Assembly: GCF_018977255.1 (NCBI RefSeq)
Contig: NW_024704742.1
Span: 121,088,001-121,152,000, forward strand
Length of the DNA stretch: 64,000 nt
Origin: Callorhinchus milii
Lineage: Eukaryota
Reading direction: 5' to 3'
Made by a program: the position numbers and the translations under genes. Each line of letters begins with the position of its first letter. Position 1 is the first letter of the stretch. Below the pieces are notes generated by a model. It saw nothing but the letters and a program-made list of their open reading frames with translations, searched no databases and had not been told where the DNA came from. Positions 1-25,740 of the stretch are shown here, piece after piece.

Positions 1-272
1 TCAGGAGGACGTCCCAAAGCGCTTCACAGAACACACTGTAAAGTGAATTGACTGTATATTTGTGGGCGAACGCGGCAGCCAATTGCGCACAGCAATGTCC
101 CACAAACAGTCATGGATTGAAAATGACCAATTTATTATTGTTTTTGGTTTTGGAGGGATTATTATTAGGCGTGTGGAGTAAGGAAACTTGCCCAAGGTTT
201 CGCCCTGCCTGGAATTGAACTCAGGTCTCTAGCTTGCAAACCGAGTGCTCAACCACTGAGCTACAGGACTCC
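1..272 (-). mobile_element. tRNA(Ala)-derived SINE, young family (tail cut by the window edge)
   Basis: Reverse complement of the GGAGTCCTGTAGCTCAGTGG head with A/B boxes; near-identical to other copies. Confidence 0.92.
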
Positions 273-1107
273 ACCTTACCCTAAACTTAACAATATTAAT
301 CCTTACATTTCAGATAGTGCCCTTCACATCAGAAGGATGGCCCAAAACATTTCAGAGGACATACAATCAAGTGCAGTGACTGTGTATTTTATACTTGCAC
401 TTCTGTAACATTCCCATCTCTAGTTATTTTGTCACTGTTACTTGCTGAAACCCAAATTCACCTCTTCCTAACTTTACTGTTTTCAACTTCTATTCTAATT
501 CCAATTCAAAGTTTTATATTCCTGCTTCTCGCCTTAACTTCCTTAATCCAACTTCAAATGCCTCTGGCTCAATTCATAACTCGATTGCTGAATTCCTTTG
601 CTCTCTCAATCACACCATCAAACAACAACTTGCATTTATATCCCTCCCCCATGCATGGTAGAGTCCCAGTGCGCTCGGGACCACTTACATAATTCTTCAG
701 AGTTGTTCCAACTTATCAATCCAAAAAAATGAATCCATCAACTCCAACTATCCTTTGCTGAGATCAAATTTGATGATTACAATTCTCAGCCAATTGAGCC
801 ATGAGTTCTAATCTTTCACAAATCAATTAGCATTGATAGTTACCCAAGAAAATTATTTGATGGGAGTTAATTGATGCAACAACTGCTTTGTTTGGAAGTC
901 TATTCACATATCCACTATTTAGCAAGGAAACATTATCCAGTTTTATCATGCTTATGCATTTTTAATTTCTAGTCTAAGCACTCCAAGATGCTATCCTGTG
1001 TGAAGGATAGTTATATAAATGCAAGTTGTTGCTGTGCTGCCTGTTACATTGCCTGCTGACATCTACAATCATAGATTTGCATAGAATATACAACTTTTGA
1101 ACTACAG

Positions 1108-1410
1108 GTGGAGTCCTGTAGCTCAGTGGTTAGAGCACTCGCTTTGCAAGTGAGAGACCTGGGTTTGATTCCCGCCAGGGTGAAACATTGGGCAAGTTTC
1201 CTTACTCCACACGCCTGATAATAATCCCTCAAAAAAATGGTCATTTCAATCCACAACTGTCTGTGGGACACTGCTGTGTGCAATTGGCTGCCGCATTTAG
1301 CCCACAATTATACAGTCAATTCACTTTACACTCTATTCTGTGAAGCGCTTTAAGACGTCTAGAAGATGTGAAAAGCACTACATCAAATGCAAGGATTATT
1401 ATTATTATTA
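1108..1410 (+). mobile_element. tRNA-derived SINE, full length
   Basis: tRNA head, body, L2-like tail, (ATT)n end. Confidence 0.93.
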
Positions 1411-1924
1411 CAATCTTTAATAAACTTATAGCAACTTCCAAGTGATCACTTCATCCTTGTCAATCTCAATGACTAAATTCAGATTTTGTAAATAGTAATA
1501 CAATAAAACCACTAGATGGTGCAGTGGGGTATTTTGGTTGGAGAGAATTGCTACTCAGCATCACAACTGCAGATCTCAAAACTTAAACTGCAATGGTTAC
1601 TTTCTAAACTGTACTCAAACTGCACTGGTTACCCTATAAACGGTAGAGAATAAAAAAACTCCTAAAATCCCTTTGATCACTTAACTACTCAATCATGTTT
1701 ATATCAACTACTGAGGTTTACTATTTATTAAGTTTTACTGTGATCAAACAAAGCTTTTCCAATTCAAAAGAACTGCTGAGCCAGCAAAATGCATTTCAAA
1801 CTACACAGCAGTACGTTCTGAAAACAGATTACTAAGTCACGTGAACAAAATGTTTATCTTTATAAAAAGAAAATAGTTATCTCTGATGTCAGATGATAAC
1901 TTATTATAAAGACCTTTTTTTTTA

Positions 1925-2725
1925 AAATGACAACTTGCATTGATACAGTGCCCTAAACGCTGGTTGCGTCTCAAAGCATTTAGCAGCTGTATGGTTTGAT
2001 CCTGACCTCGAAAGGGAAGCGACTGAAGGCACAGTCAAAGAGGAAATTCTTCCAAAGAGAGGGCAAGACAGATGGATTGAGGCAAGAAGTTCCAGAGATT
2101 CGGGCATAATATTTGAAAGCTGTGGAGTCCTGTAGCTCAGTGGTTAGAGCACTCGCTTTGTAAGCGAGAGACCTGAGTTCAATCCCAGGCAGGGCCAAAC
2201 CTTGGGCAAGTTTCCTTACTCCACACGCCTAATAATAATCCCTCCAAAAACCCAAAACAATAATAAAAAATGGGTCATTTTCAATCTACGACTGTTTGTG
2301 GGACATTGCTGTGCGCAATTGGCTGCTGCGTTCGCCCACAAATATACAGTCAATTCATTTTACAGTGTGTTCTGTGAAGCCCTTTGGGATGTCCTCCCGA
2401 CGTGAAAAGCGCTATATCAAATGCAAGGATTATTATTATTATTATTAAAGCACAGCCGCCATTTGTGGAGCGAAAGAGTTGAGGGAACGTGCCAGCTGAG
2501 CGAAGGCATTGGTAGAGGGATGGAGTGTGAGCAGATAGGAGAGGTAGGAAGGCGATAGGGTGTGAAGAGATTTAAAAGTGAGAATCTTGAAATCAATCCG
2601 TTCTTCAACAGGTAGCTCGTGGAGCTTGGCAAGAACTTGGGAGATGGGAGCCCAGAGAGTCAAAAGTCTGGTAATGGGCGAGCACACAGGTGACAGAGTT
2701 TTGAAGGCAGCAGAGTTTTGAATCA
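1925..2725 (-). mobile_element. L2 LINE 3' fragment interrupted by a SINE
   Basis: LPVEERIDFKIL...SPSYLSYLL L2 ORF2 C-terminal motif plus L2 3' tail. Confidence 0.85.
2122..2446 (+). mobile_element. tRNA-derived SINE, full length, nested in L2, AAAGC target-site duplication
   Basis: AAAGC at 2116-2120 and 2447-2451. Confidence 0.93.
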
Positions 2726-3536
2726 TTAAAAAGATACAAAATGTGAGACATTATAAAGTCATTAAGCCATAAAGTTCAAGTCAGCCTATTATATAACAAT
2801 CAGTTTCTTGCACTCACCTACTCGCAAATTCCAAGTAAAGCGTAGGCAATCATATATTACTGTTGTCCTACTGCATTTTCTACTGTTGTTACATTTGATC
2901 CTTTGCATCTCACAAAATACTGCATCTCTCACAAATTGCTGCCTCCACAACTCCAATGAGATATCCATTGCCACATATAGATCTATTAAAGTCTCTTCGA
3001 ATCAGCCATAACTGTCCTGAATTTATTTATACAGTGTGCTCAAAGCCCAAATTCCCAGTGATAATGCACTAGCTGAAGTTGAAAGGAGTTGATCTGTATG
3101 GAAAACTTAATCATGCACGTTTGCTGATATATATTTCAATTTTAAAATGTTAACAAAAACTTGTCACCACATCAATACTTTGGCCTAATACATAAAATCT
3201 CAAAATTGCCAACTTCATCACCTACTTGAAAAATAGGTTTTCAGGATTTACCGCTATTTTGAAGCACTTATATTCCGATTTCAAACATGTTACCAACAAA
3301 AATCATATTGCAATAATGCAGCAAAACATGCATTGCAGGTTAATTTAAAGCAGGACCTCAAAACCTTTCAACCATCTAATCTGTGAAGTACAGGAACTTG
3401 ATTATTGCTATTGCTCTTACCATTTGTACTTTTGTATTGTATTTCCCTGATTCAAATTAGTGTCATTAGATTGGACTGAAAGAGTCAGAAGTTTTAATCC
3501 TAAATTCTCACAAAAGTAACACCAGCCTACAAGTTG

Positions 3537-3955
3537 TGGTGTCAATCTGGCTCAATTGATAGCCCTCTTGCCTCCAACTCAGGACGTTGTGAGTGCAAGC
3601 CTGAAGGTTGCGAAGGACTGTGATTTTATATAATCTAGGCTGACACTTCAATGCAGTGTTGGGGGAGCAACTGCATTATCAGAGATGCTATTCTTAGGAC
3701 GTAACGTTAAACCAAGGTCCGGTTTGCAAGTTCAGAGAAATATTAAAGATCACATGCAGCACTATTCAAAAAAAAAGGGCGATCCTTACAATGCCTTTTG
3801 ACCAATAATCCTCCAGATAAAATTGCTAATTCACTCCATGGTTGTTTGTGAGACATCGACTTGGGCACAAATTGGCTGCTCCAAATTCACCTGCAAATAC
3901 AGTCACTACACTTCCAGCGAAATCCTGTAAAGTGCTGAGACACTGGGAAAATGCT
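3537..3955 (+). mobile_element. Old DeuSINE-like SINE (SacSINE1/AmnSINE-type central domain)
   Basis: Degenerate tRNA head plus ...ACGTTAAACCAAGGTCC...AAAGATCACATG...CACAAATTGGCTGC; related fragments at ~7030-7190(-), 12830-13200(+), 14340-14420(+), 21945-22320(-), 32205-32480(-), 59880-60420(-). Family name is from memory. Confidence 0.65.
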
Positions 3956-4093
3956 ACGGTGCTCTTATCAAAAGCCAGGAATAAAAATGAAACACCGTAC
4001 AGGTTTGGTTGGAACTGAGGTTTTCCATTGCTCTGACCCCAGTCAATTATTTCTGGGTTACATTTGTTGGGATGGGAGGAGAGGGATTTGGTG

Positions 4094-5115
4094 TGGGGGG
4101 GGGGGGGAGAGAGAGAGAGATGGGGGGAGAGAGAGAGAGAGATGGGGGGAGAGAGAGATGGGGAGAGAGAGAGATGGGGGGAGAGAGAGATGGGGGGAGA
4201 GAGAGAGAGATGGGGGGGAGAGAGAGAGAGAGAGAGATGGGGGGGAGAGAGAGAGATGGGGGGAGAGAGAGAGAGATGGGGGAGAGAGATGGGGGGAGAG
4301 AGAGAGAGAGAGAGAGATGGGGGGAGAGAGAGAGAGAGAGAGATGGGGGGAGAGAGAGAGAGAGAGATGGGGGGGAGAGAGAGAGAGAGAGAGAGATGGG
4401 GGGAGAGAGAGAGAGAGAGATGGGGGGGAGAGAGAGAGAGAGAGATGGGGGGGAGAGAGAGAGAGAGAGAGAGAGAGGAGGGGGGAGAGAGAGAGTGAGA
4501 GAGAGAGGGAGAGAGAGGAGAGGGGAGAGAGAGAGAGATGGGGGGGAGAGAGAGGAGAGAGAGATGGGGGGGAGAGAGAGAGAGAGATGGGGGAGAGAGA
4601 GAGAGATGGGGAGAGAGAGAGAGAGAGATGGGGGGAGAGAGAGAGAGGGGGGGGAGAGAGAGAGAGAGATGGGGGGAGAGAGAGAGAGAGAGAGAGATGG
4701 GGAGAGAGAGAGAGAGAGATGGGGGGAGAGAGAGAGAGAGATGGGGAGAGAGGAGAGAGAGAGAGAGAGAGATGGGGGAGAGAGAGAGAGAGATGGGGGA
4801 GAGAGAGAGAGAGAGATGGGGAGAGAGAGAGAGAGAGATGGGGGGAGAGAGAGAGAGAGATGGGGGGAGAGAGAGAGAGAGAGATGGGGGGAGAGAGAGA
4901 GAGAGAGAGAGATGGGGGGAGAGAGAGAGAGAGAGAGATGGGGAGAGAGAGAGAGAGAGAGAGATGGGGAGAGAGAGAGAGAGATGGGGAGAGAGAGAGA
5001 GAGAGAGATGGGGAGAGAGAGAGAGAGAGAGATGGGAGAGAGGAGAGAGAGAGAGAGGATGGGAGAGAGAGAGAGAGAGAGAGATGGGGGAAGAGAGAGA
5101 GAGAGAGATGGGGGG
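4094..5115 (+). repeat. About 1-kb compound (GA)n-T-G(4-7) polypurine satellite
   Basis: Direct reading: gagagagagatgggggg units. Confidence 0.98.
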
Positions 5116-5467
5116 CGGAAAGGAGAGAAAAATGTAAGATTATGACTCAGAAAACGGAATGTTAAAAAATGACCATCTCTTACACTCTCACCACATGTCC
5201 CGCCTTCTCTCTGCCCTCCCCCCGCCCCCCTCCCCCCCTCCCCCCCCCGCCATACCCTGAGCCCTGAGCCCAGGGCCCCCCCTCCCGCCGCCCCGGGTCT
5301 CCCACTACTTTTAATCGGTTAGAAACTGTTCCCAAGTGTCGGGGGTCGGGTCGGGAGGGTGGGGGTCGGGGTCGGGGTGGGGGCTGTGCTGTGCCTCTGG
5401 CCGGGGCTGAGCCTCCGCCCGCCCGCCCGCCCGCCCGGGCAGTGCGGCGGCCTCTCCGCCTCTCTAC

Positions 5468-5660
5468 CTGTAGCCGTCGCTCCCGACTCCACTCCGGGAT
5501 CCTCTCCACACCGCCACCTGCCTCGGCACCGTGCAGTCAGCCGCCACCGCGCCTGCGCAGCCACCACCTCCTCCCGACCGGCAAGACAGAGCCCCCGGAC
5601 CGACGCCTCCCTCAACAGCGGCCCCTGGCGGCCGGAGCTGCACCAACGCACGGGGCACCG
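5468..5660 (-). other. IPO11: Probable non-coding first exon of a divergent gene (IPO11 by synteny) within a CpG island (~5190-5830)
   Basis: CpG/GC-rich block; minus-strand donor CTACAG|GTAGAG at 5468; GC-box-like G runs at ~5725-5760. In human IPO11 lies head-to-head with DIMT1. No IPO11 coding sequence was recognised in the window, so the identity is inferred and the TSS is approximate. Confidence 0.5.
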
Positions 5661-6717
5661 TGGATTGTGTTCACTTTGGTTCACTCGACCCTTTTTTGTG
5701 CAGAGAGATCATTTGACTGACCTCCTTGGGGGGGGCGTGGGCTGGGGTGGGGGGGGGTAAGCGGGGATTCCTTGGAGCTGTGGCCGACGGAGTGTCGGAA
5801 TCGAGCCAATCCTCAGTGGCGGTCTCAACGACGACAACAAAATTACATTTATGTAGCGCCTTTTCACGTCGGGGGGAAGTTCCAGGGCTCTGGACGATCA
5901 ATGTTTCAGCCTCTCCGTCTCTAAGGTGGTCCGGTTCCTGAGCGCAGCGGCTTTTGCAGTATTTCAGGGCACTGCTGATGACAGCACAACCTGACTGGCT
6001 CATTGGTAAGACTTGCAGGGGTTGACCAGGCAGTGGGGACAGGGATTCTTCCCATTCAGCTCCTGTTAATCCTGCAAGCCAAAGCCCTAGCGATGGTCCC
6101 AGCTGGACAAGCAGTCAGAAAGCTTGCCAGACGTGCTCTCAGTAACAAGCTACGTGTTTTAACTGGTTGGACTACAGCGTACTCCCGATGCAGACTCTGG
6201 TGTCCTCAAGCCTCGGCTCTTACCAACCTAATACTCTTCAGAATCAGAATCAGATAAGTGGGATGTGTCCCTCCAAATAAATACTTCTGGAATTCCCATG
6301 CAGAGGTGGCATGCACCAAAAACATACAGATTTGTTCTCAGGTGGATGATGCTGGCAGGGCCAGCTTTATTGTGCATGCCTAGTTGCCCTGAGAAGGGAG
6401 TGGTGGGCTCTTTAAGTGTTCCGCTATCCCTATCTGAAGGACACTATACAAATGCAAGTTATTGTGAACCGCTGCAGTCCTTGTGACAATGTTGCCCCTG
6501 CAATGTTGTAGCATACCTTCTCAGGGCAACTAGACATGCACAATAAAGCTGACCCTGCCAGGATCAACCATCTGAGAAAGAATCTTTATGTTTTTGGTCA
6601 GCCCATTTAGCCTACCTAAGTTCCTAAGTGTGAAGTTCCTGGATTTGTACCCTATTTTAGGATATCTGTAAATGAATGTATATTTTTATACAAACACAGC
6701 AGCCAATTTGTCCAAAG

Positions 6718-7030
6718 CAATAATAATCCTTGCATTTGATATACTACTTTTCACGTCAGGAGGACGTCCCAAAGTGCTTCACAGAACACACTGTAAAGTG
6801 AATTGACTGTATATTTGTGGGCGAACGCGGCAGCTAATTGTGCACAGCAATGTCCCACAAACAGTCGTAGATTGAAAATGACCAATTTATTATTGTTTTT
6901 TGTTTTGGAGGGATTATTATTAGGCGTGTGGAGTAAGGAAACTTGCCCAAGGTTTCGTCCTGCCTGGAATTGAACTCAGGTTTCTCACTTGCAAAGCGAG
7001 TGCTCTAACCACTGAGCTACAGGACTCTAC
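6718..7030 (-). mobile_element. tRNA-derived SINE, full length, nested in an older DeuSINE-like copy
   Basis: Near-identical to the family consensus. Confidence 0.92.
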
Positions 7031-7569
7031 TCTTGTTTTACAAGCCAAGTGGGATTGGAGGGACTATTGGCCAGGACATAGAGAGAAACTCCCTTCACTT
7101 GTTGAATAGTACCATGGGATTTTTAACGTCCAAGTAATCAGGCAGGTGGCACCTCGGTTTAATATCTCATCCAACAATGCAACCCACCGCCATCTCTGTG
7201 TTGGAACAGTACTGTAGAAATTTACAACACAGAAGATGGCCATTTGGCCCATTGTGTCTGTGATGCCTCTTTTTAAAGAGCAAAACTTTCAGTCCCATTT
7301 ACCTGCCCTTTTCCCATATCCCTCTGGTTGACGCCTTTGTAACAGAACCATAAAAAGTGTCAGTCTAGACTTGTGAGTTGAAAGTCTGCAAATACCGTGA
7401 GATGCATAGACATCTCAGCTTGATTTTGATACTATTAAATATGGTGATGGTTTCCGCATGTGTCAGACAACTGGCTACACAAAACAAAACAAAACAAAAC
7501 AAAACTAAACAAGGATCGGGTTGGGAGGGACTCTGCACACTGTGCAGGGTTCTGGGTGTGTTGTGAGCG

Positions 7570-7962
7570 GTCCTCCTGCAGGTGGCGCAGCTCGTGTTCT
7601 CCTGGCCCTCACGCCCACGGCAACGTCATTCCCGCGCGACCAAGCGATTCTCGCGCCACGCACCCTGGGATATGTAGTTCACGCCATCAGTTAGATGATG
7701 TCTACAGGTCCCGTGCGATGTGACCTCTGATGGTTCCCACAGCTTTTGGTGCGCAGACAATCTGATTTCCCACTTAGCACATCAGTTGGAACACGGGGGC
7801 GTTTGGAAGCGGGAGGTGGTGAAGTGCGCGGAAGAACTACAAGACCCAGAAGCCTCCGCGCGCACTCGCCGCCCGTGGTCCGGCCGCTGATCCGCGAGAG
7901 CCACGTGCCGGCGGCCGTTGGGTTTTATCCGTTTAATTCTCTGGAAGGTTCGGCGGCTCGAG
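7570..7962. promoter_or_regulatory. CpG-island, probably bidirectional, promoter of DIMT1 with ZNF143/THAP11-type motifs
   Basis: GAACTACATATCCCAGGGTGC on minus (7660-7680), GAACTACAAGACCCAGAAGCC on plus (7834-7854), CTACAGGTCCC (7702-7712), E-box CACGTG (7902-7907), TCTCGCG/CGCGAGA-like sites at ~7649 and ~7893. Confidence 0.7.
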
Positions 7963-23398
<15,436 letters not shown>

Positions 23399-23653
23399 AA
23401 GACTTGTGTGTGAAGTTCTACTTATGAAAGAACGAACTTTCTAGCAGCAGAAGACATTCACAATCTTTTCAATGAGGTTTAACCTGTTTTAAGCTCCAGC
23501 AGACATACAGATTCAACAGTGTCAAGTATATCTTGCTGCTTAGTTTGCAAAATATTTTTTAAATAACTGTAAAAAGCAGATATCTCAAAATTGTACAATT
23601 GGTATCTCAGTATGTTTAACCTAAAATGCTTTCCTGTATTATACAATTTGTAA

Positions 23654-23659
23654 AATAAA
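23654..23659 (+). terminator. Probable DIMT1 polyadenylation signal AATAAA
   Basis: AATAAA about 255 nt after the stop, followed by GT-rich sequence. Confidence 0.5.
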
Positions 23660-25042
23660 CTACAACTTTCATGTATAGTTGGTATATCTGTGTTTTGGAA
23701 TATGTATTTCACACAAAATAAGACTAAAAATTTTAACATGGAGCAATACCCAATCCAAAATATTTGGAGTTTGAATCAGTCTGTCCTGTTGATCGGTCAC
23801 TGGGGGCAGTAGGGTTTCCCACTCAGGTCCTGTTTAACCATGTATTCCAAAGCCCTAACAGGCAGGGTGGCCTGAGACAGTGGCTTCAATGGCAAACTAC
23901 ATGGTTTTAGCTGGTTAAATTCCAGCAGTGCCCCAATACACACTCCAAGGTTTAAAACTCTGGAATTAGGTCAGCAGCATGACAAAAGGAAAAAAATAAT
24001 AGTGCTGATTATTATTCAGATCTCCCTCCCTGCAAAACATTAAGACTGATATTTTCTTTAAGGAGGGAAGGCAACTGCACGTGAGTGGAGATGTTTACCC
24101 ACATTTCCATACTAATGTATGGTGGAAGGAAATTAGCTGCAAAATAAAAAGCAACCATATAATTTGCAATTAAAAAGCTTTTGAATTGAAGAGCAACAAA
24201 TTTCACACGTGGACTTGTAACTAACATGAGGGAGTGTTCAAACAGTTCATCTTTTCTGGTTCTCTACAATCCTTTAGAGATAGCTAGGCAGTGTGAAAAC
24301 AATGGGAGCCGGCACAGAAATGTTTTTATATCTGGGACTCGTTAGATTCAAATTACCATTCAAGAAAAAACTCTACTTGGAACCAGTTAAGATACTCTTC
24401 CAATCTGTAGTAAGTAGTACTTGCAGTATATGGCACCAAATTACTAATTTCATAGAGATGATCAAGGTTGTCGGTATAATTCACAGTTCAATTGCAGGAG
24501 GTACTTTTTGAGGTTTAAGGCCAATGCTATTTAGTGGAGGACCTTCAGGCTGATCTATGGAAGTACTTTGGACAAAATCCAATTTAAAACCAGGGGAAAG
24601 CACCTCCTTTGCACCATTTATACAATGTTCTGTTTTCAAGTCAGTTGCAATGATTTTGTTTTGTTTTACGTTTTCTAGTTATTTATAATTGTTTCAGCAT
24701 TTTAACTGACAAAGTACAAGACCTCTTCACCATGTACATTTAAGTCACAATTAACTTGTATCTATTCCAATTCATCACATCAAAAAGGGGGAAAAAAACA
24801 TCACAACAATTTTGCATTATTTCTTAATTAAGAAATCAAAGCTCTTAGCAGACTGGTGGAGAACACGGCTCTAACGCTGAGGTGAGTTCCCTCATGTTAC
24901 TGACTTGGTTCCTGCTAATGGGAGAAACCTGCACTAAATTTTTAATTAAGAAATCAGTTTAAATATTACAAAATTGACCATCTTTCTAGAAAGTAATTCA
25001 ACTCTTGGCAAATCTAAAGCACTGGGAACACTCAGCAGGTCA

Positions 25043-25671
25043 ACAACAACAAAATTACATTTGTAAAGTGCCTTTTACGTCGGGAGGACGTCCCAAGATG
25101 TTGGACAGACGGAGTTACGGACCCGAGCTGGGGGTTGGGGTGGAGGGCAAGGGAGGAAAAACAGGAAGATCGAAAGTACTGTCGAAGAGGAGGGTCTTGA
25201 GATGGGTCTTGAAGGTGGCGAGGGAGGGGGCAAGACGGAGGGACTGCAGGTTGGAGTTCCAGAGGGTGGCACCTGCTGAGCGGAGGGAGTGAACATGATG
25301 GTAGGGGTTTAGGAGGTTGGAGAGGTAGGGGGGAGCAAGACCGCGGAGGGCTTTGAAGGTGAGGACCAGGATCTTGAACTGTATCCTCTGTGTGATGGGA
25401 AGCCAGTGGAGTCGGGTGAGGATCGGGGTGATAGGGTCACGGAGCCCGGTGCGGGAGAGGACACAGGCTGCAGAGTTCTAGATGATCCGCTGCCTGTGGA
25501 GGGAGGAGTTGGGGAGGCCGACAAGCAATGAGTTTGCATGGTCGAATTTCGATGTAATGAATGCGTGTATGAGGGTTTCGGTGGCCTGTGGTGTGAGACA
25601 GTGGAGCCGGGCGACGTTGCGGAAGTGGGGGAAGGTCATGGCGCAGATGTGCAGTAGAAAGGATAGTTGAG
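25043..25671 (-). mobile_element. 5'-truncated L2 with GGTCA target duplication or microhomology
   Basis: HAFITSKFDHANSLLVGLP motif; GGTCA at 25038-25042 and 25672-25676. Confidence 0.9.
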
Positions 25672-25703
25672 GGTCAGGCAGCATCTATGGAGAAAGGAAA
25701 GTG

Positions 25704-25740
25704 AGTTAATGTTTCGGGTCCACGACCCTTCGTCAGAACT
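25704..25740 (-). ncRNA. Minimal type I hammerhead ribozyme motif
   Basis: AGTT-CTGACGA-A-GGGTC-GTG-GACCC-GAAACATT-AACT. Confidence 0.6.

Noticed and set aside
2122..2196. tRNA-Ala genes at SINE heads
   Set aside because: No proper acceptor stem or Pol III terminator; each continues into the SINE body
2202..2405. Recurrent MGKFPYSTRL... small ORF family
   Set aside because: SINE-internal frames starting at TTG, with variable frameshifts between copies
3951..5165. Long Arg/Glu/Gly-rich ORFs (404 and 378 aa)
   Set aside because: Translation of a stop-free (GA)n/G-run satellite in several frames; no gene structure
5971..5990. CTGATGA as a hammerhead core or snoRNA box
   Set aside because: No matching stem II/GAAA or terminal stem, and the motif varies in other copies of this repeat
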